Assembly (NCBI GenBank): GCA_016203225.1
Contig: JACQNC010000014.1
Location: 25,653-89,652, forward strand
DNA: 64,000 nucleotides
Direction: 5' to 3'
From: Candidatus Woesearchaeota archaeon
Lineage (GTDB): Archaea; Nanobdellota; Nanobdellia; Woesearchaeales; ARS49
The notes under the pieces are model-generated. The model saw nothing but the letters and a program-made list of their open reading frames with translations, was not told the origin of the DNA and did no database searches. The position numbers were made by a program, and so were the translations under genes. The first letter of the stretch is position 1; each line of letters starts with the position of its first letter. Positions 17,183 to 30,200 of the stretch are shown here, one piece after another.

Positions 17183-18130
17183 TTATTTCCTCAGCCAGGG
17201 GTATGCGAAGTACATGAAGACGAGGAAGTACGCGACGAAAAGCACCCAGCCGACGTTGGTGTGGAACAAGGAGAGCGCAAGCGCGGGGCTCACCCTGTCG
17301 CCGATGAGCATCAGGATGAAGACGCGGATGATGCTCATCAGGAACATGCCCACCAATCCGAGAGGGTACAAAAGCAGCAGCTTCCGCTTGTCGAGCTTGT
17401 TCCAGTCAAGTAAAGCGATGAAGAGGTACAACCCGGTGAACATTATGAGGCTCTCCACGCCGGAACAAGGCGCGCCGACGCGCGCCGAGAAATCCCCCAC
17501 AGTGAACAACGGATCAGTGCCCGGCTTGAACTCCATGGAGTAGGTCATGCCCAACACCCTGAAGAGGAGCGCGTCGGCCTGCATGATCGCGTTGGAGAAA
17601 TACATCCATGCGCCGTTCAGCATGAGCGAGAACGAGAAGTACGGCAGTGTCACGCTGAAAGCCAGCACGAGCTGCCTGAAGAACCGCTGGAAGAACTCCA
17701 GCTGGAAAACCGCGAGCGCCAGGAAGAAAAGCCCGAACGTGTACAACAATCCCGTGAACAGCAGATAATACGTCGGGAAGACGATGCCGAATTGGCCCTG
17801 GCCGTACCTGATGACGACGAACAATGAGAGCGTGAGCAGCGACAACCCTGTGAACGCTACCGCCTGCAGCCAGTTCCAGGAATACGCGATCCCCTGCAAA
17901 CGCTTCCGGTTGGCGAGCACGAAAACGCCGATCAGGATGAGCGAGAACGCCAACGGATAGATCGCGTTGACAGTGAACGCGGGATTCCGCTGTTTCGCGA
18001 GATACTGCACCAGCACGGGCACGAGCCCGTAGCCGAGACAGAGGAACAGCACCAGCCGCCATGAGAACGACCGCACGCCAGGACGCGCCCACCACTCCTT
18101 GAGCGCAGCCATCACCGACCTCTTTTGCAT
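17183..18130 (-). CDS. Exosortase/archaeosortase family transpeptidase
   Basis: Multi-TM protein with Cys (APCSGVES), Arg (IIRVF) and His (FHTNVG) triad. Confidence 0.88.
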   Translation of the reverse strand: MQKRSVMAALKEWWARPGVRSFSWRLVLFLCLGYGLVPVLVQYLAKQRNPAFTVNAIYPLAFSLILIGVFVLANRKRLQGIAYSWNWLQAVAFTGLSLLTLSLFVVIRYGQGQFGIVFPTYYLLFTGLLYTFGLFFLALAVFQLEFFQRFFRQLVLAFSVTLPYFSFSLMLNGAWMYFSNAIMQADALLFRVLGMTYSMEFKPGTDPLFTVGDFSARVGAPCSGVESLIMFTGLYLFIALLDWNKLDKRKLLLLYPLGLVGMFLMSIIRVFILMLIGDRVSPALALSLFHTNVGWVLFVAYFLVFMYFAYPWLRK

Positions 18131-18296
18131 GCCTGCGCAGAACGCTCCATTCTTTTTAAGCCTTTGCGAGACATCTCTCACAAACGCATTATATATGCAC
18201 CGCGCGAAAACTTTATAAACCGACTCGCTTCTGTCCATCACGCTGCTACTGTTGAACATTATCCCTTGAGGGGATGGTGAAAAAGGGGGGTTGTGA

Positions 18297-21200
18297 GTGG
18301 GTAAAGGGGGTGGGCTACAGTCCTATCGTTCAGCACCTTCTAGGCTTGCCTCTCGCTTCGACACGCTTTACGTGGCGGCCATGCGTTCTCCAGCAGCTGC
18401 GCGCAAGCAATATCCCGCACTCCTCGACCTTTACCAGAAACTCCTGGGTTCCGACGCCTCTATCGCGGTCAAGAGCTTCGCCTACCAGAAGACCAGCCAG
18501 GTCTACCGCCTCGCGCAATCCTCAGGGACGCATTTCGCAAGCCCTACCACGCCTTCCTGGATGATGCCCCTCTCCTTCATCGTCATCCTCCTCACGCTCA
18601 CGCTCTTTTTGAGACCAGGAATCACGGGATTCTTTGGAATCGAGACCCGATCTGTTTCTGAGGCACTTGCCCTCAGCAGCAGTAGCAGCTCCGGCGTCTT
18701 GACCCTCCAGGGAATCCCTGATTCCCTGGTTTTCGATGGCACGTGGAACGGCCAAGGCATCGGAAGGGTGTATGCGGTATTTGCTGATGGTCATCGACTA
18801 TTAGCCGCGGATACGACACTACTCCCGACCATGCCTGGGGCGACATTCCACTTCACCCAGACCTGCGTAGAAACGTGCGACAACCTCGACGCGCCCTCGA
18901 ACGTCGTGACAGTCGAGTTCGAGGTCTCGGACGGAGCCGAGATGCTCCTCGACCAGGTCACGTACACGACGAGCGAGAACAACCCGCCTGCGTGGGTCGG
19001 AACGACGAACACGTTCGAGATGACTGACACGCTCACGCTTGACCTCTCGACATTGTTCTTCGACCCGGATGGCGACACGCTCACGTTCCTCGCGACAGCG
19101 CCGGAGCTGCTGCAGGTACGCCTCGAAGGAAGCACGCTCACGCTCACGCCAGAGCCAGGATTCACCAGCGACACTGTCAGCGTAATCGCCTCGGACGGTA
19201 TCGCGATCAGCCAAGCGACGCTCATCATCACGAGGACGACCGTGGAGACTGCGCCGAGTATCACGCCGGTGTACGAGACATCGGAAACCGTCCAGGAGCC
19301 TGCGCTGTCGACAGCAGCGCCAACCCAGAACGTGACGACGACAGGCCTCCTGACGACGGACGGATTCAGCATCGCGACAGATGTGACCGCGTGCGGGACG
19401 CTCACGAACGCGAACAACACGCTGATAAACAACGTCACTGCTGCCACAGGCACGTGCTTTGTCATGAACTGCAACGACTGCTTCCTCGACTGCGCGGGCA
19501 ACACAGTCACGTACGGGAACACCACTTCAGTGGGCGCAGGCATAACCGCCGCGAGCAGGGCGAACATCACCATCAGGAACTGCAGATTCGCGCACGGCGG
19601 AGGCGGCAGCGCGGGCATCGTAGGCATCAACCTCACCAGCATCACCGCAGGCAGCATCCAGGACTCCCGCGTCACTGTGAACGGGACGACAGACAGCGAT
19701 GGTATCGCGTTGCTAGGCAACACCAGCCAGTTCACGATCTCGAACGTCACCACCGCGGTCACGATGACTGGATCAGGAACGCTCAACTCCAACGCCGTGC
19801 GCCTCGCCGGTGCGAGCGGTTCGGTCTTCGTAGATAGGGTCAACATCTCGAGCAGCACTCTCGGCATCACCGGCGTGCGCGGTCCGGTCAGCATCCTCAT
19901 GACGAACATCTCGAACGTCATCATGGACGGGAACGTCATCTCCGCGAACTCCACGAACACGGGCGGGAAAGGCATCGCCGCATCAGGCGTGCTCGTCTTC
20001 AACGTCACGGCGCGAAACAACACACTCGCACTATCCAGCACAGCCGCAGGCACCGATACGATCTTCCTGTCAGGTGTGGCGCATAAGATAATCAACAACA
20101 CGATAAACTCGAGCGCCGCCACGACAGGCATAACCGGCATCAGGTTCGGTTCCAATGCGTCGAACGCCTCCCAGAACCGCGTTTTCGTCAGCGGCTCGAA
20201 CCCCATAGGGCTGAAAGCTGACTCCAGCGTCAACGCCATCTTCGAGGACAACATGGTGACGATCCCGTCTTCTTCGGCAACCACAGGCTACGGTCTGTAT
20301 GCGGTCACGAGCGCCCTGAACACCACGTTCAGGCGCAACAACGTCACGTTCACCGGCTCGACCGCGAACACCCAGCTCATCCGCGTCGAGAGTCAGGCAA
20401 ACCTCACGTGGTTCGACTCGAACATCCTGACAGGCGACTCCACAGGCACCTCGAGCGGTGTTTACATCCAGAACAGCTACGGGATGAGATTCACGGGCAA
20501 CGTGTTCAGGAACGTGTTCCGCTGGATGGGGCAGGAGAACGTCAGCGGATTCCCCTCAGTGACCGCCAACTACACCGGCAACCAGTTCACCACGGATTTC
20601 GGTTCGATCAACATCACACCGCGAGTCCAGCTCAACGGCACGTTCAACGTCACGCAGGCGCACCTGAACGTCACGCTGAACCGGTCATACGTCAACGCGA
20701 CAAACCTCACGTTCTTCAACACCAGCGCGTTCATCACACTCAATCTCTCCGCTCTGAGCATCGTGAACCCCAAGCCGATGCTCGACTCAGCCGACACCGG
20801 CGCGTTCGTCACTTGCCCCGCGTCGAAATGCACCGAGCAGAGCTTCACGAACTCGATGTTCGTCTTCAATGTCAGCTCGTGGACGACGTTCGCGGCGGCC
20901 GAAACAGGCAACTCCGCTCCCACAATCTCATCAGTGATACTCAACACGACGAACACCTCGACGAACAACACGAACCAGAACCTCACGCTGTACCTGAACG
21001 GTGTCGCCGATGTCGACAACGATTCCGTCCAGAACATCACGGACTGGCGTCTGTGGAACGGTTCGACATTCAAGTCCCTCGCGACGTTGAACATGCCTTT
21101 CGAGACCAACCTGAGCGCAACGACAACAAGGGCCGTGAGCGACTACAGCACGTCCAAGAACAACGGCACGCTCGGCGGCGGCACCGCGAGCGCGGTGCCG

Positions 21201-24200
21201 TCATGGATAACCACCGGCCGCGTCGGGGGTGCGTACAAGTTCGACGGCATCAACGACTACATCGACGTGCCCGACAACGAGAGCCTTGACATGTCGAGCA
21301 TCACGATCTCCGCATGGATAAATACCACCACGAGCGGAGTGAACAACATGATCGTGACGCGCGACACGAACTCTGGCGCGGGCACGCGCATCTTCCAGTT
21401 CCGCATAAACGCCGCGAACAAGGTAGACTGCATCCTGTTCATAGGCGGCAGCGCAGACACGAACAATATCGGTCTCACCTCCGTGAACGACGGTTCATGG
21501 CACCACGTCGCATGCACCTACAACCAGGCCACGGGTTCTGTCCGCGTTTATTTCGACGGCCTTCCCGAGTACAACGAGACCCAAGCGGCCACCGCATTGG
21601 ATTCAGGCACCATCGGTTATTACATCGGCAAGTTCGAGGATGGTGGCGGGCCCGTCATGTACACAGGCATGATCGACGAGGTCCAGGTGTTCAACAGACC
21701 CCTCTCGCAGCAGCAGATCTATCAGATGTATCTCGAGGGCAACCAAGGCAGGCACGTCAGGACCATGCACGCGAACGAGACTGAGCTGAATGATATCTGG
21801 CGGGTCGCGGTGACCCCGAACGACGATGTCGAGGACGGCGCGACGACATCGAGCAACAATGTGACGATCCTGCAGACCCTGAACGAGGCGCCGAGCATCA
21901 GCCAGGTCATACTCAACACGACGAATCCCTCCGCGAACAGCAGCCAGCAGGACCTCACCGGATTCATCATCGGCGTCTCCGATGCAGAGGGCGACCCTGT
22001 CCAGAACATCACCGACTGGCGCGTCAACGGCAGCAGCCTCGCGGCGCTCAACCTTCCTTTCGAGACCAACACGAGCAACCTCACGAACAGGTCCATCCGA
22101 GACTACAGCACGTTCAAGAACAACGCGTCCCTAGGCGGCGGCGCGTCCGCGAACGCTCCTGCCTGGAACAGGACCGGCATCCGCGGCGGTTCTTATCGGT
22201 TCGACGGCACAAACGACTTCATAATCGTGCACCAGAACGAAAGCCTCGACTTCACGCAGCAGTACACGCTCGAGGCATGGGTCAACATAACGGCGCACAA
22301 GAACTACAACGTCCTCTTCACGCGCGGCGTCGGCGAGGCCGACGACATCGAATGGTACTACACGTCCACGCCGCAGTTCACCATCGTCCACAACCGCGGC
22401 AACGGCGGCACCACTGCCGTGATCCAGCAGACTGTAGCGTCACCGACAGCGGGGCAGTGGACGTATGTCGCGGTGACTTACAGGAACGGCACGCTGCGCT
22501 ACTTCCTAAACGGAGCGGAAGTCGCTTTGACCAGCGCGACAAACGTCCAGGCTCCCCTTGACACCAACAGGGACTGGAAGATCGGAGCGACGGCCCACAG
22601 CGCCTTCGGCGGCACTGGATTCTTCCAGGGACAGATGGACGAAGTGCGGTTCTACAACCGTTCCCTCTCGCCCGAACAGATACGACAGAACTATGCCGAG
22701 AGCAACGCATCGCGCGGCTTGAAACCTGTGCTGCTGCACAACGAACTCGGCATCGGGCAGAACTGGACGCTCGCGGTCACGCCCAACGATAATCAGCCAA
22801 ACACAGATGGAACGACCGTGCTGAGCAACAGCGTCCTGCTGACCTCGGGAATCCCGAGCATCACTAGCGTGACGCTGAACACGACGAACCCCGCGACAAA
22901 CAGCACGAGCACCAACCTCACAGTATACGTCACGGGCGCGAGCGACCCAGACGGAGATCCTGTCCAGAACATCACCGATTGGAGGACGCATAACGGCACA
23001 GCATTCAACAGCATCGCGATCCTGTACATGCCGTTCGAGACCAACACCAGCAACCTCGCGAACACGGTGGTCAAGGACTACTCGACCTACCAGAACAACG
23101 GGACCACCGGACAGAGCGCATTGACCCAGATCCCCGCTTGGACGAGCTCTGGCAAGGTCGGTGGCGCGTACCGGTTCGACGGCAGCAATGACAGGATAAA
23201 CATCACCGACAGCGCGAGCATCACGACCGCGCTCGCGCGCTCCACAACGTTCGAGGCGTGGGTGAACGTCAACGCTTCTACCGGCGCAGGCCAGGTCATA
23301 GTGGGCCAGGGAGACAGCCAGGCGGCTGCCGAGAACACGTTCCTGCGATTGCAGCTTTCGTCAACGCTCGTTCCTCAGCTCACGCACCGCACATCCGGAG
23401 ACGCATCGACGCAGACCGTGTCAGCCACTGGCGCAATAGCGCCGAACCAATGGTACCACATCGCGGGCGTGCGCGTAGCGGGCAGCGAGCTACGCATCTA
23501 CGTAAACGGCGCGCTCAACGCGACAGCAGCCGGCGATAACGGCAACACGTTCTCCTCATCGCGGTCGTTGGGCATCGGGGTCGATATGGAGATCGACGGC
23601 ACAGACGCGTCTGCGTTCTTCAATGGCACCATCGACGAGGTCAGGATATACAACCGTACGCTCACCACAGACCAGATCCGCGCGGACTTCGAGCGCGGGC
23701 AAACAGGCATTCCGATGACGATGATCGTGCACAACGAGACGACTGCCGGCGACATCTGGCAGGTCGCCGTGACCCCCAATGACAACCGGCAGAACACGGA
23801 CGGAACGACCTTGTTCAGCAACATCACTATCCTCTCGAACGTCGCGCCGAGCATCAGCCAGGTCATACTCAACTCGACGAACCCTGTGACGAACAACACG
23901 AACCAGAATCTCACGGCGTACGTCATCGGCGCATCGGATGCCGATGGTGACGCCGTGCGCAACATCACCAACTGGAGGAGGAACGGGACATCCATCGCAG
24001 TCTGGCACTTGGCGTTCGAAAGCAACATCAGCAGCACGTCCGCGGGCCTTATCCGCGATTATGGCACGCATTCCAACAACGCGACGCTTGGCGCTGGCAG
24101 TTCGACAAACGCGCCGACCTGGAACTTGTCAGGACGGGTGGGCGGGGCCTACATCTACGATGGGGTGAACGACTACATCCAAAGCGCGACCAACGGCCTG

Positions 24201-27200
24201 AACGCATTCGGCGGTTTCGGCGCGACGACCGGCAGCACCATGGAGGCATGGATAAAGACAGGTTCTTCCGCATCCATGTCCGCGGTGGGATTCGGTCTGT
24301 CGAGTTCTGCAACGCCCATTCTCGCGATGACGTTCGTCTCGGGGACCGTGCGCTACCAGTACCGCACAGACAACGCGGCAGAACTGGGTGGAGGCATCTA
24401 TGACTCCACGAAGACGGTGAACGACAACCAGTGGCATCATGTCGTATTGCGACGCAGCGGCACCACGTTCGAAATCTATATCGATGGCGTCGTGAACAAG
24501 ACCGGCACAGATGCGTCCTCCTTCAACACGCTCACGACGAACCGCCAGGTGACCGGCGCGCGACGCAGCACGACGGATACCCAATTCTTCAACGGCACCA
24601 TCGATGAGGTCCGGTTGTACAACTTCTCTCTCACGCCACAACAAATCCTGCAAAACTTCCTCGACGGCAACCAGAGCAGGGATCACGCGACGATGGTCAG
24701 CACCGAGTTGGCTGTCGGTGACATCTGGCAGACTGCTGTGACCCCGAACGACGGCATCGAGGACGGCGTCGCCGTGCTTAGCAACAACGTCACGATCATC
24801 AACAACCGTCCCACGATCGCCCAAGTGATCCTGAACTCCACGAATCCCGCCTCCAACAGCACCCAGCATAATCTCACAGTGACCGTCATAAATGCCAGCG
24901 ACGTTGAAGGCGATGGCGTCCAGAACATCACGGACTGGCGCAGGCACAATGGCGTTAACTTCACGAGCATCGCGGTCTTGAACTTCCCGTTCGAGACCAA
25001 CGTGAGCGTGACGACCGCGAAGGCCATCCGGGACTATTCGACGTTCGCGAACAACGGCACGCTCGGCGGCGGCGTCAGCACAGGCATCCCGACGTTCACG
25101 AACGGCACGGTCGGCATGGCGTATTCGTTCGACGGCACGGACGACCGCATCAACGTCTCGAACAACGTGGTGTTCAACATGACTCGCTGGACGCTCGAGG
25201 CATGGATCAAGCCGACCGCCATCGGCGACACGCCCATCATCGTCAGGACCGCGAACGCGGCAGGCACGCAACAGCTCATCGACATCCCGAGCGGAGTCAT
25301 CAAGGGCTACACGCTCCGCATCAACACACCCGAGAACAACGGGTTCTGCGTCGTCGGCGACGGCAGCACGGCCTTTTCCGCGTCCTCCGCGGCCAACACC
25401 GTGCTCACGGGAATCTGGACGCACCTCGCGTGCGCGTACAACGGATCGTACATCACGCTCTACATCAATGGCACCGCCGTGGCGACCACTTCGGTCGGCA
25501 CGATATCCTACACCCACACCGGCGATCTCCAGCTCGGGCACGGATTCACCTCGACCCCTGCGGAGGTGCTCTACAGCGGCCTCATCGACGAGGCGTTCGT
25601 GTACAACAGGACACTCGGTGCGGCAGAACTAGTCTCGCACTACCAGCTCGGCAAGGCCGGCCGTAGGTACAGCACGATGCTGAGCTCGGAGCTCCAGGCA
25701 GGGGACGTCTGGCAGGTCGCGGTGACGCCGAACGACAACAAGCCGAACACAGACGGAGAGACTGTGCTGAGCAACAACGTCACGATCCAGGCGAACTCCG
25801 CGCCAATAATCCAGCAGGTAATCCTGAACAGCACCAACCCTGCCACGAACAGCACGAACCACAACCTGACTGTCTCGGTCATCGGCGCTTCGGACATCGA
25901 TGGCGAACAGGTGCAGAACGTGACCGACTGGCGACGATACAACGGGACAGGGTTCACGAGCATGGCCATGCTCAACATGCCGTTCGACATCAACGGTTCA
26001 AGCAATGTGCGCGACTACAGTACGTATCAGAACAACGGAACGCTCGGAGCAGGCGCGGCCAGCCCGACCTGGAACACCTCCGGCAAAATAGGCGGCGCGT
26101 ATCAATTCGATGGCGGAGACTACATAAGCCGCAACACGGTGACGCTGCCGACAGGCTCAGTGGCATCAGCAGAAGCCTGGATTTATCCAACAGCGTATGC
26201 CGATGCGACATACAACGGCATCGTTTCGTGGGGAAGCAGAACAAGCGCGGATTCCTTCCTCTTAAGCATCCAGAGCACAGGTCGTCCGAGTTTCGCGACC
26301 TGGGCAAATGACTTTGTGCCCACGTGGGGACCTGTCGCGACACTCAACGCCTGGAACCACATCGCGGCGGTGCTGAACGGCACTTACGTTGTGCTATACA
26401 TGAACGGCCAACCGATCAAGGGCACGATCGACGCGACGCCGAACATGGTGTCGACGAACCTCGGCATCGGAATCACAGACTATCCCGGCAGGTACTTCAC
26501 AGGGCTCATAGATCAGATGCGAGTCTACAACCGCAGCCTCAGTGAAGATGAAGTGCTCCAGAGCATGCGCGACGGCAACACGAGCAAAAACCTGATGGCG
26601 TTGGTGGCTCAGGAACTGCAGCCGAATGACATCTGGCTGGTCGCAGCCACTCCGAACGATCGAACAATAGACGGCACGACAGTATTGAGCGGCAACGTCA
26701 CTGTCGTGAACTCGACTCCAGCCATAACCGGCCTTGTCCTCAACATGACGGATCCAGCGACGAACGACACCAACCAGAACCTCACGATGTACGTGACCAG
26801 CGCGTTCGATATCGACAACGATTCTTTCCAGAACATCACCGACTGGCGCAGGAACGGCACGAGCATCGCCGTGCTGAACGTGCCGTTCGAGACCAACAGC
26901 TCCACCACTGTGCGCGACTATAGCACGTTCGGCAACAACGGGACGACTTACGGCACGATGCGCGCGCAATACAGCGTCACGGCATCAGGGAACTCATACC
27001 TGTACGAGGATCTCACGAGCGTGACCGATTACGTGATCGCTTCCGGCGACGTGCTCGAGTACGATGTGTATTGGAACAGTGCCGAGGACTACGTCGCATT
27101 CGACTATACGACATCGGATGCCAGTGCGCTCCGTGCTGCGGGCGCGACCGACCAGAATGGACTTGATGCGCATCCAACGACAGACATAAGCGGATATGCG

Positions 27201-30200
27201 CGAGGTAAGTGGTACCACCGCATCATCTCGCTTCCCTCCGGTCACGTCGGCAAGACCATCGTGAACTACGACATCGCCACCGAATCGGACACGACAGGCA
27301 CCAAACTCGGCTATCTCGACAACATCTACATAACGAACGGCACCGGCACGATCAGGAAGGTGATATTCGATGGCAGTTCCTTCACGCACAGCACACACCT
27401 CTCAAGTTCAGCGACCCTGACTGCGTTGGACCACCTTGGCGTGTTCGCGAGATACTGGAACGCGACAGGCAAACGCGGCGGAGGATACGCGTTCGACGGC
27501 AGGAACGACCACATCACGACAACCACTAGTTTCGTCAACCCGCAGGACTTCACACTCTCGTTCTGGTTCAAGACGGCGCACGCTTCGGGGAAGAAGATCG
27601 TCGGATTCGAGCAAGATCAAACGGGCGAAGGCACCACGAATTACGACCGCCATGTGTGGATGGGTACCGACGGCAAGATACACTTCGGCTGGAACCCTAC
27701 GCCAATCATGGTCGTGAACTCCACAGCCACGCTGAATGACGGTAACTGGCACCACGTGGCTGCGCTGCATAATTCTTCTGGCAGTTTCGGCGCGTTGTAC
27801 GTAGACGGCGTATTCCAGCAGAGTGCGACTGGCGCTGCGCAGAGCTTCACTGGCTACTGGCGCATCGGCAGTTACATCCTCACCTCGTGGCCGCTGTCCA
27901 GCAACGGTTACTTCAACGGCAGCATCGACGAGGTGCTCGTCTTCAACAGGAGCCTGTCCTCGAACGAGATAAGCCGGATAATACTTGACCAGAACCAAAG
28001 CCGTCCTCTCACCGTGATGGTCAGCCCCGAGCTCAGGGCAGGCGATGTGTGGACAGTCGCGGCGACGCCGAACGACGGCACAATCGACGGTCCCACTACG
28101 CTGAGCAACAACGTCACGATCCAGCAAGCCACCGGGTGCAGCACGATCACCGGTTCTACGACGTTGGATTCTAATGTCTCCAGCACCGGCACGTGCGTCA
28201 CCGTCGGCGCGAATGATATCACGCTCGACTGCGCCGGCTTCACGATCACGTACGACACCTCGGGCTCGGGAGGGGCGAGCGCAGTGTCCGCGAGCGGCCG
28301 GAGGAACGTCACGGTCAAGAACTGCGTTTTCAATGACGGGACCGTAGGCGGCGGGTTCGGTGCGGGCATCAACTTCACGAGCGTCAACGACAGCCTGATC
28401 TTCAACAACACCATCCAGACCAACGGCACGAGCGACAACTATGGCGTCGTTCTCAGGTCCGGCTCGAACAACACGGTCATAAGAAACAACACGGTGCGCA
28501 CGCAGGGCAGCTCGACAGACAACTACGGAATCAATCTCGTCACCGCAACATTGAACACAGTCGAAGGGAACACGGTCGTCACGAACGGGACCGGTACCGA
28601 CGAGGGCATCAGGCTCACAAGCACTTCCGCGAACAACGTGGTGCGGCTCAACAACGTCAATGCGACGAGTTCATCGACGAACGGTCTCTTGGTGTCGTCG
28701 AGCTCGGGCAACAACGTCACCAACAACACCGTGCGCACGGGCAGCGGCCAGGCCTACCGCGTCGAGTCCAGCTCCAACAACTATGTCGCGAACAACACGG
28801 GGACGAGCACGAGCGGCAACGTGTTCGCATCGGCGTCGTCATCCTACAACCAGTACACGAGGAACATCGCTACGAGCACCAGCGGCAACACCTTCTCGGC
28901 AGGAGGTTCGAACAACGAGTCATTCACCTACAACAGAGGGACGAGCACGAGCGGCAACGGCCTGCTCCTTTCGGCCAGCAGTTCGGACAACAACATCACC
29001 GGCAACAACTTCACGAGCACCAGCAGCACGAGCGTCTACATCTTCTCGAGCTCCCGGAACCTGCTCATCAACAACACCGTGACGAGCTCAAGCGTATACG
29101 GGATGTTCGTCGAATCAAGCAGCATGCACAACCGCGTGCTCACCAACACGGTAAGCAGCTCAAGCAGCAGTGGACTACGCATCGACACGAGCGCGCACAA
29201 CAACACGTTCATCAACAGCACCTTCACCAGCGACACCGATCGGGCCGTCGACATCATCTCGAGCCAGAACAACACGCTCATAAACGCCACGCTCCTGACG
29301 AACAGCACGTGGATCACGGCCGATGCGACATCAACAGGCAACACGATAGCAAACACGGTCTTCTGGCGACCGAATGGCGAGATCAGGTTCACGCCCACGA
29401 TAACGCTTTCCAACTCCTCAACGATAAATCTCGCGAAGCTCAACACGTCGTTCAACCGCGCGTTCCTCAACGCGACCAACCTATCGTTCATGAACGCCAG
29501 CGCGTTCATCGCGCTCAACGGGCTGACGTTCACGGACGCCCAGGCGGTCGTCGACTACGCAGACACTGGCACCAACGTCACGTGCCCTGCGGACGTCTGC
29601 ACGGAGGTGAGCTACACCGGAGGCGTGTTCGTCTTCAACGTCAGCCACTGGACGACATTCCAGGCGCAGGAGTTCGTAACGGACTGCGGCAACCTCACAG
29701 CGTCCTCGACGCTGACCAACAGCGTCTCGTCGACAGGCACGTGCTTCATCATCGCGGCGAACGACGTCACACTCGACTGCGCAGGATTCGGGATCACGTA
29801 CGACACGTCCGGCGCTGGCGGCGCGAGCGGCGTGCTCTCATTCAACCATTCGAATCTCGTCGTGAAGAACTGCAACATCAACGACTTCAACGCGTCAGGT
29901 GCGTTGAGCACAGGCATCAACTTCACGCTCGTCAACAACAGCCAGATCTTCAACAACACCATCCAGACGAACGGCACGACCGACAATTACGGAATCCTAT
30001 TGAGAGGCCCGAGCCAGAGCGATGAGGTGTGGGCCAACACCATCAGGACGCGAGGCACCTCTTCGGCGAACTATGGCGTCTACTTGACCGGCACGAACAG
30101 ATACCACAACATCTTCAACAACATCATATTGACGAACGGAACGTCATCCAACCAGGGAGTCAGGTTGGAATCTGGCGCGGCAAACAACACGATAAACAAC